From Eledone cirrhosa (lineage: Eukaryota), in the NCBI GenBank assembly GCA_964016885.1, contig OZ024742.1, positions 340,132,001 to 340,196,000 on the forward strand: a DNA stretch of 64,000 nt, given 5' to 3'. Position 1 is the first letter of the stretch. Every line of letters starts with the position of its first letter. The position numbers were made by a program, and so were the translations under genes. A model generated the notes under the pieces. That model worked only from the letters and a program-made list of their open reading frames with translations. It was not told the DNA's origin and made no database searches. Shown in pieces: positions 36,742-49,533 of this stretch.

Positions 36742-39551
36742 GGAGAATGTTTAACCCCGATGGCAGTTCTCAAACCGTCGTTTCGACGGCTATTTCTGGA
36801 CTAAATTAAAATTTGTAGTGTACTAATAAATAGACGAACTTTTCCTTATATGGGAATATTGTAGTTGTCAAAAGGATTGGTCAAAATTTCTTGTAAACCC
36901 AATTAAATATTTCATGGCGGTGAGTGGGAGGTGGGGTGGCTGAACTTGCCTGTAGAACAATGAGGGAATGGGTGGAGCTGGTCAAGCGTTGGATGTGAAT
37001 TCTATACACCAAAATTACGGAGTATGAAAGCACCAACGATATCCTAGTACATTCTGACAAAACTGGAAACCTCTATTTCGTCAACCCAGTCAGATACCAC
37101 ACACTTATCAGGAGCATCCTGAACTCCGCCTACAAAATGGCTAACCATTCATTAATCCATGACATAAATCTAGATGGACAACAAATTACCTCCAACCTCG
37201 GGGTCGCTGACTGCACTGAACCTCTCGACCCACGGATTCCCTACTTCACTCTGAAGGACCATAAATCCGACTTCGACCGCAAACCACCCATCAGGCTTAT
37301 AAACCCGACGAAATCGGACTTAGCCTTTGGGTCAGCACCCAGGAAGTAATCTCATGGTTCAGGAATATTGAGGACAAACGGGACAGAAAATTAATCCAGT
37401 TCGACATAGAGAGCTATTACGTCTCTATTACCTTACCGCTCCTTACGGCCGCTTTGGACTTTGCCAAAACACTCACACCCATCACCGACCAGGAAAGAAA
37501 CATCATTCTCCACGCCAGGAAGACAGTCCTCCTTTTCGACAACTCCAAGTGGATAAAGAGAGCTTCCGACTCCCCCTTCGACGTCAGTGTGGGCGCTACC
37601 GACTCTGCCGAGGTGACCGATCTTATAGGATTATTCCTACTACATATACTCACCGAAATGTTTCCTGCATTCGGCGGCGGATTGTATCGAGACGATGGGC
37701 TCCTTACCCTCAAAGGTTACAATCCCAGTAGTACAGACCGGGTCGGTAAACAACTACTCAACTTCTTCCGGGACTGGGGTTTTAAAATCACCCTACAAAC
37801 GTCCCTAACCCGAGTCTATTTGCTGGACGTTACCCTCAACCTCGAAAATGATCTGTACTACCCACACAGAAAACCAAATGACAACCTTCACTACATCCAC
37901 CGCCGCTCTAACCACCCTAGAAACATCACCAATAACCTGGTTAAAAACATTTCCCTCCGAATATCTCGTTTGTCCGCTAATGAGCAGATATTCGATGAAC
38001 AACCAGGCCCCCAAGAGAAGCGGCTTTCGGGAAGAAAACTCCTTTTATCCAGCTTCCCTTAGCAGAATCATCAAGCGACGCCATGTAACGTGGTTCAATC
38101 CTACACACAATACCGAGGTGGCAACATCAATCGGGAAAATCTTCTTTAGGCTCCTCGAAAAGCACTTCCCACCACAACACCGCTACGCCAACATAATCAA
38201 CAAAAACACTATCAAACTCTCCTACAACACCACACCCAACTCCGCACAAAACAGCGTCTCCTAAAACAACGAGAAACTCAACTCCTGTGGAAGAAACAAC
38301 CTAAACATTAGTGGAGAGCCGACTAGGAGGTGTAACTGCCCTGATAGATCTACGTGCTCCCTCAACAACAGATGCCGAGAACGTAACGTGATCTACCCAT
38401 GCAACGCGAGGATGGAAAACTCCAACAAAGCCTATATAGGATTAACCGCTTGTGAATTTAAGACCCGGCTCTACCAACACCTGCATACGTCCCGAAAACC
38501 CGGCCCGGCGACATGCCACTACACTCTAGGGCCACATTTGGGACCTCCAAGATAATAAATTAACATACAATCTTACTTGGAGCTTACTGTCCAGGGCTAA
38601 CTCTTACACGGAGGAGGCCGTCCGTGTAACTTATGCTCGGAGGAAACAATACAAATGCTGTTTACGAAGGACCAACTCCTAAACAAAAAAGACGAACTTG
38701 TAACTGCATGTAAACACCGATTGCGTAGGACTTACCTCGCCCTCAAACCCCCTCATGACCCGGGTGGGTAGACAATGGCTGCAACATCCTTCTTTCCCCA
38801 ACTTGCCGAACAAGATAGGGGAAACACCAGCATAAATAGGTAGATGTACTTCTTTTCTTGTTTCCTTTATCTCTTCTTATCATTTCCTTCCACTCTCTCT
38901 CCTCTTCCTGTTCCTTTTTCCTCTTTCGCCTACCCTGAGGCAGCTCATCGGGCTTTTGTAGCCCCAGTACCCCCACCCCAGTAAATTCTATATAGCACTG
39001 GCCGAAAACGCAATACCAGCTAAAAATATAGCAACTGTTTTAGATTCTAGAGATTTTTAAAATTATTTTTTACTATTTAATTTTTTAATTATTTGTTTCT
39101 TTTAATCTCAATTCATTAACCTTTAACTTTATAACGTCCCACTCTCATGTTTCTTTTTCGCCTGCTTTCTACCTAGCCTAATTTCATACACACTCCTTAG
39201 AATTTGCTGTATAAAATTCACTCTCAACGCTTGACCGGTTCCACTCTCTCCCTCATTGATCTACAGGCAAGTTCAGCCACCCCACCTCCACTCACCGCCA
39301 TGAAAGATTTAATTGTGTTTAAAAGAAATTTTGACCAATCTACAATCTTCCATATAAGGAATTACCCTTGAAAAGTTCGGCTATTTATTACCACGTTGAA
39401 AATTCTAATTTAGTCCAGAAATAGCCGTCGAAACAGCTTGGGCTCTGCCGTCGGGGTTAAACATTCTCCTATTACCCACTCTACTACCCCAAGTATTGAG
39501 GACTCTGGTGCGTTATGGTACATCTGGTTCCTTAACACACTTCCTTCGTTA
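36740..39551 (+). mobile_element. 5'-truncated Penelope-like element with inverted 5' pseudo-LTR (about 36740-37008) and 3' pLTR (about 39208-39551), in (TA)n
   Basis: The ends are reverse complements over about 270 bp and enclose RT and GIY-YIG coding remnants. Confidence 0.88.
37010..38745 (+). pseudogene. Penelope-like RT + GIY-YIG endonuclease, fragmented
   Basis: DKTGNLY, TLKDHK...IRLINPTKSDL, IQFDIESYY, FDVSVGATDSAEV, GLYRDDGL, SNHP; CNC...C...C, NVIY...AYIGLTACEFKTRLYQH, CNLC, LLNKKDELVTACKH. Confidence 0.88.
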
Positions 39552-39744
39552 TATATATATATATATATACACATACACATACATATATATACATACACAC
39601 GCATACATACATATACATACATACACATATACACATATACACATATGCACATATACACAAACATATATGCATACACAAACATTTACATATTTTTACATAT
39701 ATATATACACACATACACACATACACACATACATATACACATGT

Positions 39745-39782
<38 letters not shown>

Positions 39783-39812
39783 ACGCACACACACACACAC
39801 ACGCACACACAC

Positions 39813-39990
<178 letters not shown>

Positions 39991-40283
39991 CAGAGCACCA
40001 ATAATAATACCTAATTTTTGCTGGACCGGCAACCGCTGTTTATCAGCTCTTAAATATTACTGAAATTCTATAAGAATCCCTCTTCTATAACTCTCGGTAG
40101 AAGCGAAGGGGTGAGTAGTCTTGATAACTGCTAATGAACGAGAAACAGGACCGTCGATTACTCCCATTTGTTTTTGCCGGGAATAACTAAGTGACATAGT
40201 CACTCCTTTAAAATTCAAAGCGAATGGTCTTCAAATGTTTTTAATTAAACGTACAGTATATCACCTAATATACAATACATACA

Positions 40284-40333
<50 letters not shown>

Positions 40334-41022
40334 GAGAGACACTGTCGAGTAACCACGGAAGTATAGTAACTGCTTTTAAGCAAACACTATAACCACTTTC
40401 CGTCAACCTTACCACCCCCCCCCCTGTAACCTCGGTATCATGTATTAATTTCTGCCTCCGCCTTCTGAGATATTTTTCAATGCTATAAGGGATTTAGTCC
40501 CCTTTCTTGGCCGGTATATCACGTGATATTCTCTCCCTCCGTCTTTCTGAGATGTTCTCACTTGTACGGACGTGTCTAGAAAGCGCTCTTTCCCTGAGGA
40601 GTTCTCTTGAGAAGCTGGTTTGCCTCACAACAATGTTACACCTCTATGATGTAAAGTTGTTGCATACTGACCAATAAAACTGTACAGTCGGGACATTGAG
40701 GAAAAAATCTGTGTCTATTACTTCTTACTTTATAATTTGTAATATATATATATATATATATATATATACTAAACGTTTATGAAGGGGCAGGGGCTGTGTT
40801 ATTGTTGCATAAAATGTATTTATAAATAAGAGGAAAGCACGAACGAACGGTAATTTCCCTTTCTTCAGTTGTCTTCTGGAGGTCATGGACATTTAAACGC
40901 ATTAAAGACAATATGTCTAGCTCCAGTGCGTCAATAACTAAAGGAAGTTATTTGAGAAAAATTGAGAGGGAGAAAAATATATAACGGAAGGGAAGAAAGA
41001 AAGAAAAGAACGGAAGAAAACA

Positions 41023-41074
<52 letters not shown>

Positions 41075-41080
<6 letters not shown>

Positions 41081-41200
41081 GAGTCGTCCCCCAACGGCTA
41101 AGCTCAGCCGTCAGGCCACGACTCTTTGTAATGTTGTCACACTGTACTATCCCAAATATTGAGTACTTTGTTGAATAATGGTCTATATTGGTTTCATATA
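41075..41200 (+). mobile_element. Degenerate Penelope-like 3'-end copy after (TA)n
   Basis: ACGGCTAAGCTCAGCCGTC...TACTATCCCAAATATTGAGTACT. Confidence 0.55.
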
Positions 41201-41625
41201 TAATTCAAATGGAAGGCAAGACCAACACAACTATTCTATACATCAGCTACCTTTAGCAGATGACCTCGGGTTTTCGGTGGTAAGACTTAAAAAACCACCA
41301 ACCGAAAAACCACCACAGTGATAAAACCACAATAAAATCATTACTGCACGGAAATTGTGATACGAAATACCGAACAGCTGAACAGCCGAATAAACAAACG
41401 GTGGATAAGGAACGTAAACAGTTACTGTTTAAATACCTACAGAGACATCGCGAACACAACAGACAAACCAGACTAAACTAGGGAAATGTTTTTTAATACT
41501 TGAGTATACACCAAAACAGTTAGACGAAAGAAAATATAATATATATAAATGGGGTAGCGATATTATAGTTAGCTTCCCTGTCGCTAGACAAATGACACGG
41601 ACAGACAAATAGTCGATAACGCTGT

Positions 41626-41716
<91 letters not shown>

Positions 41717-42567
41717 GCACACACACACACATTTATATACATAATACATACATATAAATACATACCTGTATATATACATAGGTGTACACACATTCGCACA
41801 CACACACATGCATTGACACACATACAGACACACAAGCACATACACAGACACACATACATACAGACAGACAGACACACACACACACATAAAACATGTCACA
41901 TACTTTGCTTTATATATATAACATTGTAGACTGAGAAATGGCAAGGTATTTTCGTTATTCCTTAATGAAAGTAATGATAAAATGAAATAATTACATAGAA
42001 AAAGGAGAAAGAAAATATTAGAGATGACACACGCAGTATAGAGTTATTTAAGAATACCTGTTTGATACTCGAAAACTTCAGATCTCAAAGTTTCATGCGC
42101 TTCATTTGCAATCATTAGCGGATAAAGGGAGATCTGGTAATCATATATATTTAATTCATAGAATTGCTGTATTATATAGAATTACATTGTTGTCTCACAA
42201 TGAAAGAAAACTCTAGAATGAATTAATTATATAAAGAAAGGACAACGTCAGTACTGAAGATGACATATATAGTTGTTACGATAGCTCGTAAGAGAATATA
42301 TCACGCAATGTTTTAATATTCTTATAGATATATCATGCAATGAATTAATAGTAAACGACCGTTCAATTCTATAAACCGCAGCTACGTCATTTATTGTAAA
42401 AGACAATCATAATTCATCTTAATACATTCATTGTTTGTCCCGCTTGTATTGTTTATATTATCTCAGCTAAGCCAGCTGTTCGCTTGCTTTGGACTAATTG
42501 ACTTTTAGCTAAAACTTACTTCTCTGGATATATGAAGGCGTACATACAAATATACATACAAACATGT

Positions 42568-42608
<41 letters not shown>

Positions 42609-42611
<3 letters not shown>

Positions 42612-42803
42612 CGAAGGAAATGTGGTAAGAAACCAGGTGGACCATAACGCAACAAAGTACTCAATACTTAGGGTAGTAGAGTGGGTAATAGGAACGAGTA
42701 GGACCCCGACGGCTGAGCTCAAGCCGTTTCGACGGCTAATTCTTGACGCACAGAATTAGCCGTCGAAACGGCTTGAGCTCAGCCGTCGGGGTCCTACTCG
42801 TTC
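42609..42803 (-). mobile_element. Penelope-like 3'-end copy with 52-bp-arm fold-back (42692-42803)
   Basis: GAACGAGTAGGACCCCGACGGC...CTAATTCT-TGACGCAC-AGAATTAG...GGGGTCCTACTCGTTC, flanked by (TA)n. Confidence 0.82.
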
Positions 42804-42809
42804 ATATAT

Positions 42810-42852
<43 letters not shown>

Positions 42853-43040
42853 TACATACAAGCATGCATACATACCTGCATACATATGATATAATTATAC
42901 ACACACACACACACACACTCATATATATATATATATGTATATATAATTTAATATAGAACTGGCTTCTACTGGACTAAAACTGTTTCATTCGAAAGAAATC
43001 ACCAGGAAAGCCGACACGCACACACATATCTATCTATCTA

Positions 43041-43994
43041 CCGCCCTCTGGCAGGCGGATCCGGTTATCAGTGGAGACTCCACCGCAACATTCTATAGAG
43101 GGCTGGTACGCAGCAGGTGCGACGACGCCCTCGGAGAAGCCCTAGACATGGAGGAGGACGAACTGGCCAGCCTGTTCGGTAGGACATTCAGCCCGGGACC
43201 TATGGACAACTTCCAGAAGTCCCTGGCCTGGCAGTGCTACCGAGGGGCTCTACCCGTCCGAGAAAAACTCTACAGACACGGGCGCCCGGGTAGGGACCCC
43301 GCCAAAAATATCTGTCCCAGATGCGTGTGCGACGAGGAAACCGTTGCACACGCATTGGTACACTGCTCGGGCGTAGCCGATCTGTGGGGCTATGTCGAAC
43401 AACTGCTGTCAAGGGTGGGACCGATCCGGTTGACCACCGAGTCTATTGTAATGATCAAGCCGCCTCCCCCCTTCAAAGATGAAGGAGAGGCGGTGTTTCT
43501 GTGCGTAATAGCCATGGTGAAAGAAGTTGTATGGTGGACGCGTCTGAAAGGACTGAGGTCAGGCACCTTTCTCTCTGGCCAACAACTGGTCCGTTTCTTC
43601 CGATATCATTTCGGAAGAAGGATCAGGATGGAGAGGGAGGTGCTAAAACCCCAGTCGTTTTTATGAAAGGTGGGTGAAAGTGGCGAGAATGGCCCGTGTG
43701 AATGGGCCTTCTCATTACATAAGCCTGTAGGTGGAAAGGAGAAAGGAACGAGGGAGCACCCCCTCTCTGTGCTCCTGAGGAAAAGGGTTGCACACTTTTT
43801 TCGGGGGTGTGTGCGACCCCCCAAGGCGCCTCCTCTCTATTGAGGATTTTGTTATAAATTTTATTTTTTGTTATATTTTATTTTATTTTTATACATTGTT
43901 ATTGCCTCCTCCTTATTGAGGACGCCTTTTTGTGTAAACTCCCCCCTTTGTACTTGTCCCACTTTTGATGCCCTGGTGGCAAATAAAAGAAACA
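43041..43994 (+). mobile_element. 5'-truncated Tx1 copy C (A/B subfamily)
   Basis: Preceded by ATATCTATCTATCTA; ORF2 C-terminus and 3' UTR nearly identical to A; ends AATAAAAGAAACATATCTATC. Confidence 0.92.
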
Positions 43995-44002
43995 TATCTA
44001 TC

Positions 44003-47000
44003 ACTGGGATGGACACACGCGTGAAACTTTCTGGGTAAGTTCTGCTTAAATTTCTATAGAAATTCTTGACTGTGGACCTTCATTTTTATAATAATTTGTA
44101 GAGGGACTGCCAGGTCAAACTTTGATCTGGTCAGTCTCTCAAAATATTCTACGCCTTTAGGCGAAATAGTTCATAAAAAATATTTTAGAAAAACTAACGT
44201 TTTAAAAAAAAATGGCTGAAGCAACAGCTTCTTCACCAACATTCGAAGGAGGAAAAGGGAAGATATGCTTACAGCTTCCCCCTTCCACTGTCATAGTAGC
44301 AGATGTCTCAGACAAAGGTCAGCCAGAGGAAGGATTTTGTTCACCTGCTGACCAACAACTTGACGTTGCCATGGCAACAAACCAAAACCAAAAGTGTGAA
44401 ACAATGAACAAAAACAACACAACCAGCGGCACCACCAACAACAACAACAATACTATGAACGAAAACAACACACACAACATGAACAATAACAACAACAACA
44501 AGACCAATAACTGCAACAAGGAAGTAAACGACAAAATATCATTTGCGCAAACCGTAAAGAAAACGGTAAGCTACACTCCGGTGGATATTTCAAATGCAAA
44601 TGAGCTTTTGAATAACGCCAGACAGTACGTAACTTTTTGGGAGAACGGATCTATCTCCATAAACTCCCCCCCCATCCCAGATTTGCGAAGAGAAACTGCC
44701 TTGAAAACTGTGGTTTTCAGGACAGTCTCAAACAAAACCCGAAAACCAACTCAACTTTCACAAGGCGAGATTGAGTTGGTTTTAAAAGATGCCTTAAAAG
44801 ACTCTACGGGATTTTATCCATTCTGATGAAAGACCAATTGACGGCACAGAAATATTCTGTTTCGCCAATTGTGTCACCGCTGTTCACCTTTTTCCCCACT
44901 TACATGAAGAAAAGAACACAGAAAATAAAAATCCAAAGTATCACACCAAATATTGATATTTGGTGGGTACTATGTGGATTTTTAAACCTCCAAAAAGACT
45001 CAATAATATCGGTAGGCAAGTCCTCCGGTGACCTGTTCAGCGGAACTAGCCTGGAAATTCTGGTCCAAATGACACCAGAACGAATAGCTAGGATCCCGGA
45101 ACGTGTGCTGCTGGATGGGCTTATATACATAAACATTTCGGTCGAGGGTAAGCGGCCCTCATGTTACCACTGCTTAAGCAGGGGTCACCTGAGAGCTTCC
45201 TGTCCTCGGCTAACTAGCCAAAAAAGGCACTACTGCCAACACCTGCAACACCAGCACAAAAATCATCACCACCACCACAACAACAACAACAACATAAAAA
45301 AATAGTGACAACAAAACAAACGACAAACACAGTCCCACCCAACCCCTCCCCACCTAAAACAACTCCAAAAATACCCACACACATAACAACTCCCCCAAAT
45401 GTACCCCTCCCAAACAACACGGATGAGGCCTCATCATCGTCACCCAGTGACGATGAGGGAGAGCCTTTCCGACCAGTAAAAAGAAAAAAGAAAAGACATA
45501 ACACAAACAAAAATGCAACAAACACACAAACATCAACACAAGCGACGCAAACAGCATAAACAAAAACACCTACTACAAAACGTAAACACACACAAGAACC
45601 ACAGACAAAAAGCAACACCACACAACAAAAATGTTACACCTACATAAATACTAGCAATAAAACTCTAATAGACACCATATATAAAAACCTTCGGTGGAGA
45701 CCGACGGGAACACTTTTACACACTCTGCGGAGAATCCTAATCTTAAAATGATTAGGATCTCCATGGACACACATAAACAGTTAAAAGGAAAATTTCATAA
45801 CGACGTAGGTAACCCTACAATCGAGTCCTGTTAAAATGTTTCCCCACCCCGACCCCAGATACCCCCATCCCACCAGACACCCTCTCCCCACCAAACACCT
45901 CTGTCCCCACCCCGCCAGAAACCACCACCCCACCAAACAACCCCTCCAACACCCCCATGGAAATCGTGCAACCTGGTCCCCAGGAGACGAAGAGGTGAGT
46001 GATTTCTTTTCCTCTTCTTTTAACTTATCAGCACCAATATGGCCAATATAAGAGTTGGATGTGTGAATGTACGCGGCCTGGGGGTGCCCGGGAAACAGGG
46101 CAAACTCTTAAACGACCCCAGGTCGTACAGTATGGATGTAGTAGCCATTTGCGAGTCCAGGATCCACAGTGACAACTGGCTCCCATCTTCGACGACTTTG
46201 AGATCTACGCATATCTCTGTCAGCCGGGAGGTGGGGGCGGTGTTGCCGTTTTGATGCGGAAACACCTGGACCTCGTAACACAGACGGTACATCTGGACAC
46301 GGAGGGTCGACTGGTGGTCCTAATCGTTGACGGTAGTGAAGGTGGAGCCTTCAAGCTGGTGGTCGCATATGCCCCATCCGGGACACCCCGGCCAGACTTC
46401 TTCAAACGTCTAGAGACTTTTCTGGGAACGTCCCGCTCCTTGCTGTTAGTGGGGGACTGGAATGGAATCATAGATGCACGTTGGGACTATGTGGCAGCAT
46501 GTCCCGATAGAGGGAGGTGTAACTGCCTCAAACAGTTAATCGGCTGATTTGACCTGGCCGATAGATATCGACTAGATTTTTCAACTGTGGCAATGTGGAC
46601 GTGGACCAACCATAGCAGCACATCTAGATCGTACCTAGGTAGGTTTCTAGTTAGAGTTAGTGATAGGGACATGTTAAGCTGTCCACAAATGTTCATGGTT
46701 GCCTATTCAGATCACAAACTAGTGACCTGCTTAGTCAACCTTGACAGAACCCATAGACAGGGACCCGGCTACTGGAAGCTGAACTTGTCGTTACCGACAT
46801 GCAAAGCCTACAGTAGACGGATTAGCACTTTAGTTAAGCAGTACTTGACGGGGGACATTGTCAACAACAGACGGTGGTACTCTCTCTGAGGGCAGTTAGA
46901 TTAGACTAGTAGGTTTTAGTAAAGGATTAGTGTTAGATAGATATATTACCGAAAAGGAACTGGTAGATAAAGTAGAAGAGGCACTTAGGAGTGGCAACGT

Positions 47001-47902
47001 AGCCAGCGTGCTAGCGACGAGCACGGCCTTGGACCAGTTCTTCGACGCAAAGCACGAAGGCTGCGTTGTCAGGAGCAAAATTCGCGCTCTGGGAAACGAG
47101 GGAGCCAAAGCTGTTAGCTGGGCCCGAATGACGGAGGCGAACAGTGGCAACAAGTCCACAATTCGGTCTTTGAAGGACCAAGACGGACGCGTGATACGTT
47201 AGCCGAAGAAAATGTGCGCGGCCTTTCAGCGGCACTTTGCTCAACTGTTCAGGCAGGGCGGCGCGCCGGGAGGGGCTATCAACTTCGATCCATATCACGA
47301 CGGACAGCCGTGACTCTCGGACAGCGAAGCGAAGTTCTGAGAAAGGCCGATTTCGGCCGCTGAGATAGGGGACGCGCTGAGCTAATGCGGCAAACGCAAA
47401 TCTCCAGGTCTCAACGGTCTACCCTACGAACTTTACGTTGCAATGCCGTACTTGTTCTCCGGTCTCCTGGAAGCGGTCTACTGCAACTAGCAGCAGAACG
47501 GAAGAATTCCCAGTTCTGTGACCAAGGGCGTAGTCACGTTAGTCAGGAAGGATGAGAATAAGGGGGATGACATAGGCAACTTCCGGTCCATAACACTGCT
47601 AAACACGGGGTTACAGATTTTGGCCAAGGTGTTGGCAAAGAGGCTGGCGCTTGTCGTCGAAAACCTGGTGGGAGAAGCGCAGACATGCGCAATCCCGACC
47701 AGGTCCATACATGACAACCTCTACCTCATGCGCTACATTTTTTTCGGGGTATGTACAACCCCTGTGTAACGCCTCCCCCCTATTGGGGATTTCAATTGTT
47801 ATTTGTTGTTTTATTAATAGTTTTATTTTCATATACCTGTATGTAAACCCCCGATTTGTATTTGTCCCCTTCTTTTGTACCCTCGTGGCTAATAAAGAAA
47901 TT
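44003..47902 (+). mobile_element. Tx1 copy D: complete 5' end, decayed ORF1 (44212-45998) and ORF2 (from 46039), internal deletion joining RT to the 3' UTR
   Basis: 5' UTR homologous to A; CYHCLSRGHLRASC; MANIRVGCVNVRGL; junction at about 47738; ends in TATCTATCTATCT. Confidence 0.9.
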
Positions 47903-47915
47903 TATCTATCTATCT

Positions 47916-48864
47916 GAGTGCCTATAGGTGCTCACAGCCCTCTACCAAGCGGAAACGGCAATCAGCGGAGACTCCACTTCGACATTCTATAGGTGGAGGA
48001 TAAGTGCGACGACGTTCTCGGGGAAACTCTAGGCATCGAGGAGGACGAACTGACCAGTCTGTTCGGGAGGATTTTCCATCCAGGGCCTATGGATAACTTC
48101 CAGAGGTCTCTGGCCTGGCAGTGCTACCGAGGAGCCCTACCAATTCGAAACAAAATCTACAGGCACGATGCCCTGGCAGAGATCCTGCCAAAAGGACCTG
48201 TCCAAGATGCGAGCAGGACATCGAAACCGTTCTGCACACAATTGTTCATTGCCCAGGGGTGACCGACCTGTGGAATTATGTCGAACAGCTGCTGTCACGT
48301 GTGGGACGCATCCAGTTGTCAGCCGAGTTCACCGTAAGGATCACCCCGCTGCCTTCATTTAAGAACGAAGGAGAGGCGGTTTTCCTCTGTCTGGTGGCTA
48401 TGGCGAAGGAGGTAATATGGTGGACGAGGTTAAAAGGACTGAGGGCAAACACCTTTCTCTCCGGACAACAACTTATCCCCTTCTTTAAGTATCACTTCAG
48501 AAGGAGGGTGAGAGTGGTGAGAGAGGTGCTACACCCCAGTAAATTCGCTGAAAGGTGGGTGAATGTGGTGAAAATGGCCCGAGTGAATGGGCCTTCTCTG
48601 TATATAAACCTGTAGGTTGAGGAAGATAAACAGAGGGAAGACAGGAACACCTATAAATGTGTTCCTGGTGTTGAGGGTTGTTCTATCGATGGGGTGTAAA
48701 ACAATCCTGCAGTAACGTTGCCCCCCTATTGGGGATTTCAATTGTTATTTTATTATATATAGTTTATTGTTATTTATTAATGTTAAAGTTATTTTTCTGT
48801 AAAACCCCCGCCGTCCGTCTTGTAATGTCCCATTTTGTACGCTCCTGTGGTAAATAAAGAAAGA
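47916..48864 (+). mobile_element. 5'-truncated Tx1 copy E (diverged subfamily)
   Basis: PGPMDNFQRSLAWQCYRGALP...CPRC...RVNGPSLYINL; AATAAA then (TATC)n. Confidence 0.9.
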
Positions 48865-48886
48865 TATCTATCTATCTATCTATCTA

Positions 48887-49450
48887 TTGTCGCGGGTGGG
48901 ACCAATCCAGTTGACCACCGAGTCCATTGTCATGATCAAAGCGCCACCCTCCTTCAAAAACGAAGGAGAGGCGGTTTTCCTTTGTGTGATAGCTATGGCG
49001 AAAGAGGTTGTATGGTGGACAAGGTTGAAAGGGCTGAGGTCAGACACCTTTCTCTCCGGCCAACAACTGATTCTTTTTTTCAAATACCACTCTGGAAGAA
49101 GAATCAGGATGGAGAGAGAGGTGCTGTACCCCAGCAAGTTTTATGAAAGGTGGGTGAAAGTGGCGAGAATGGCCCGAGTGAATGGGCCTTCTCTCTATAT
49201 CAGCCTGTAGGTTGAGGAAAAGGAGGAGGAGAGGAAAGCAGTACAAGCTCTTCGTACTCCTGGAGATGAGGGTTGCACATTTTTTTTCGGGGGTATGTGT
49301 TACCCATATAAACTGTCTCCCTCTATTGGGGAAAATCGACTAACTTTTAAATTCCATCTGTGATAACATTTTACACGTTTTTATTGTATGTAAACTTCCC
49401 CCTTTGTATTTGTCCCCTTCTTTTGTGCCCCTGTGGCTAATAAAGAAATA
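48887..49450 (+). mobile_element. 5'-truncated Tx1 copy F
   Basis: SRVGPIQLTTESIV...RVNGPSLYISL + 3' UTR; (TATC)n at 49451-49533. Confidence 0.9.
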
Positions 49451-49533
<83 letters not shown>

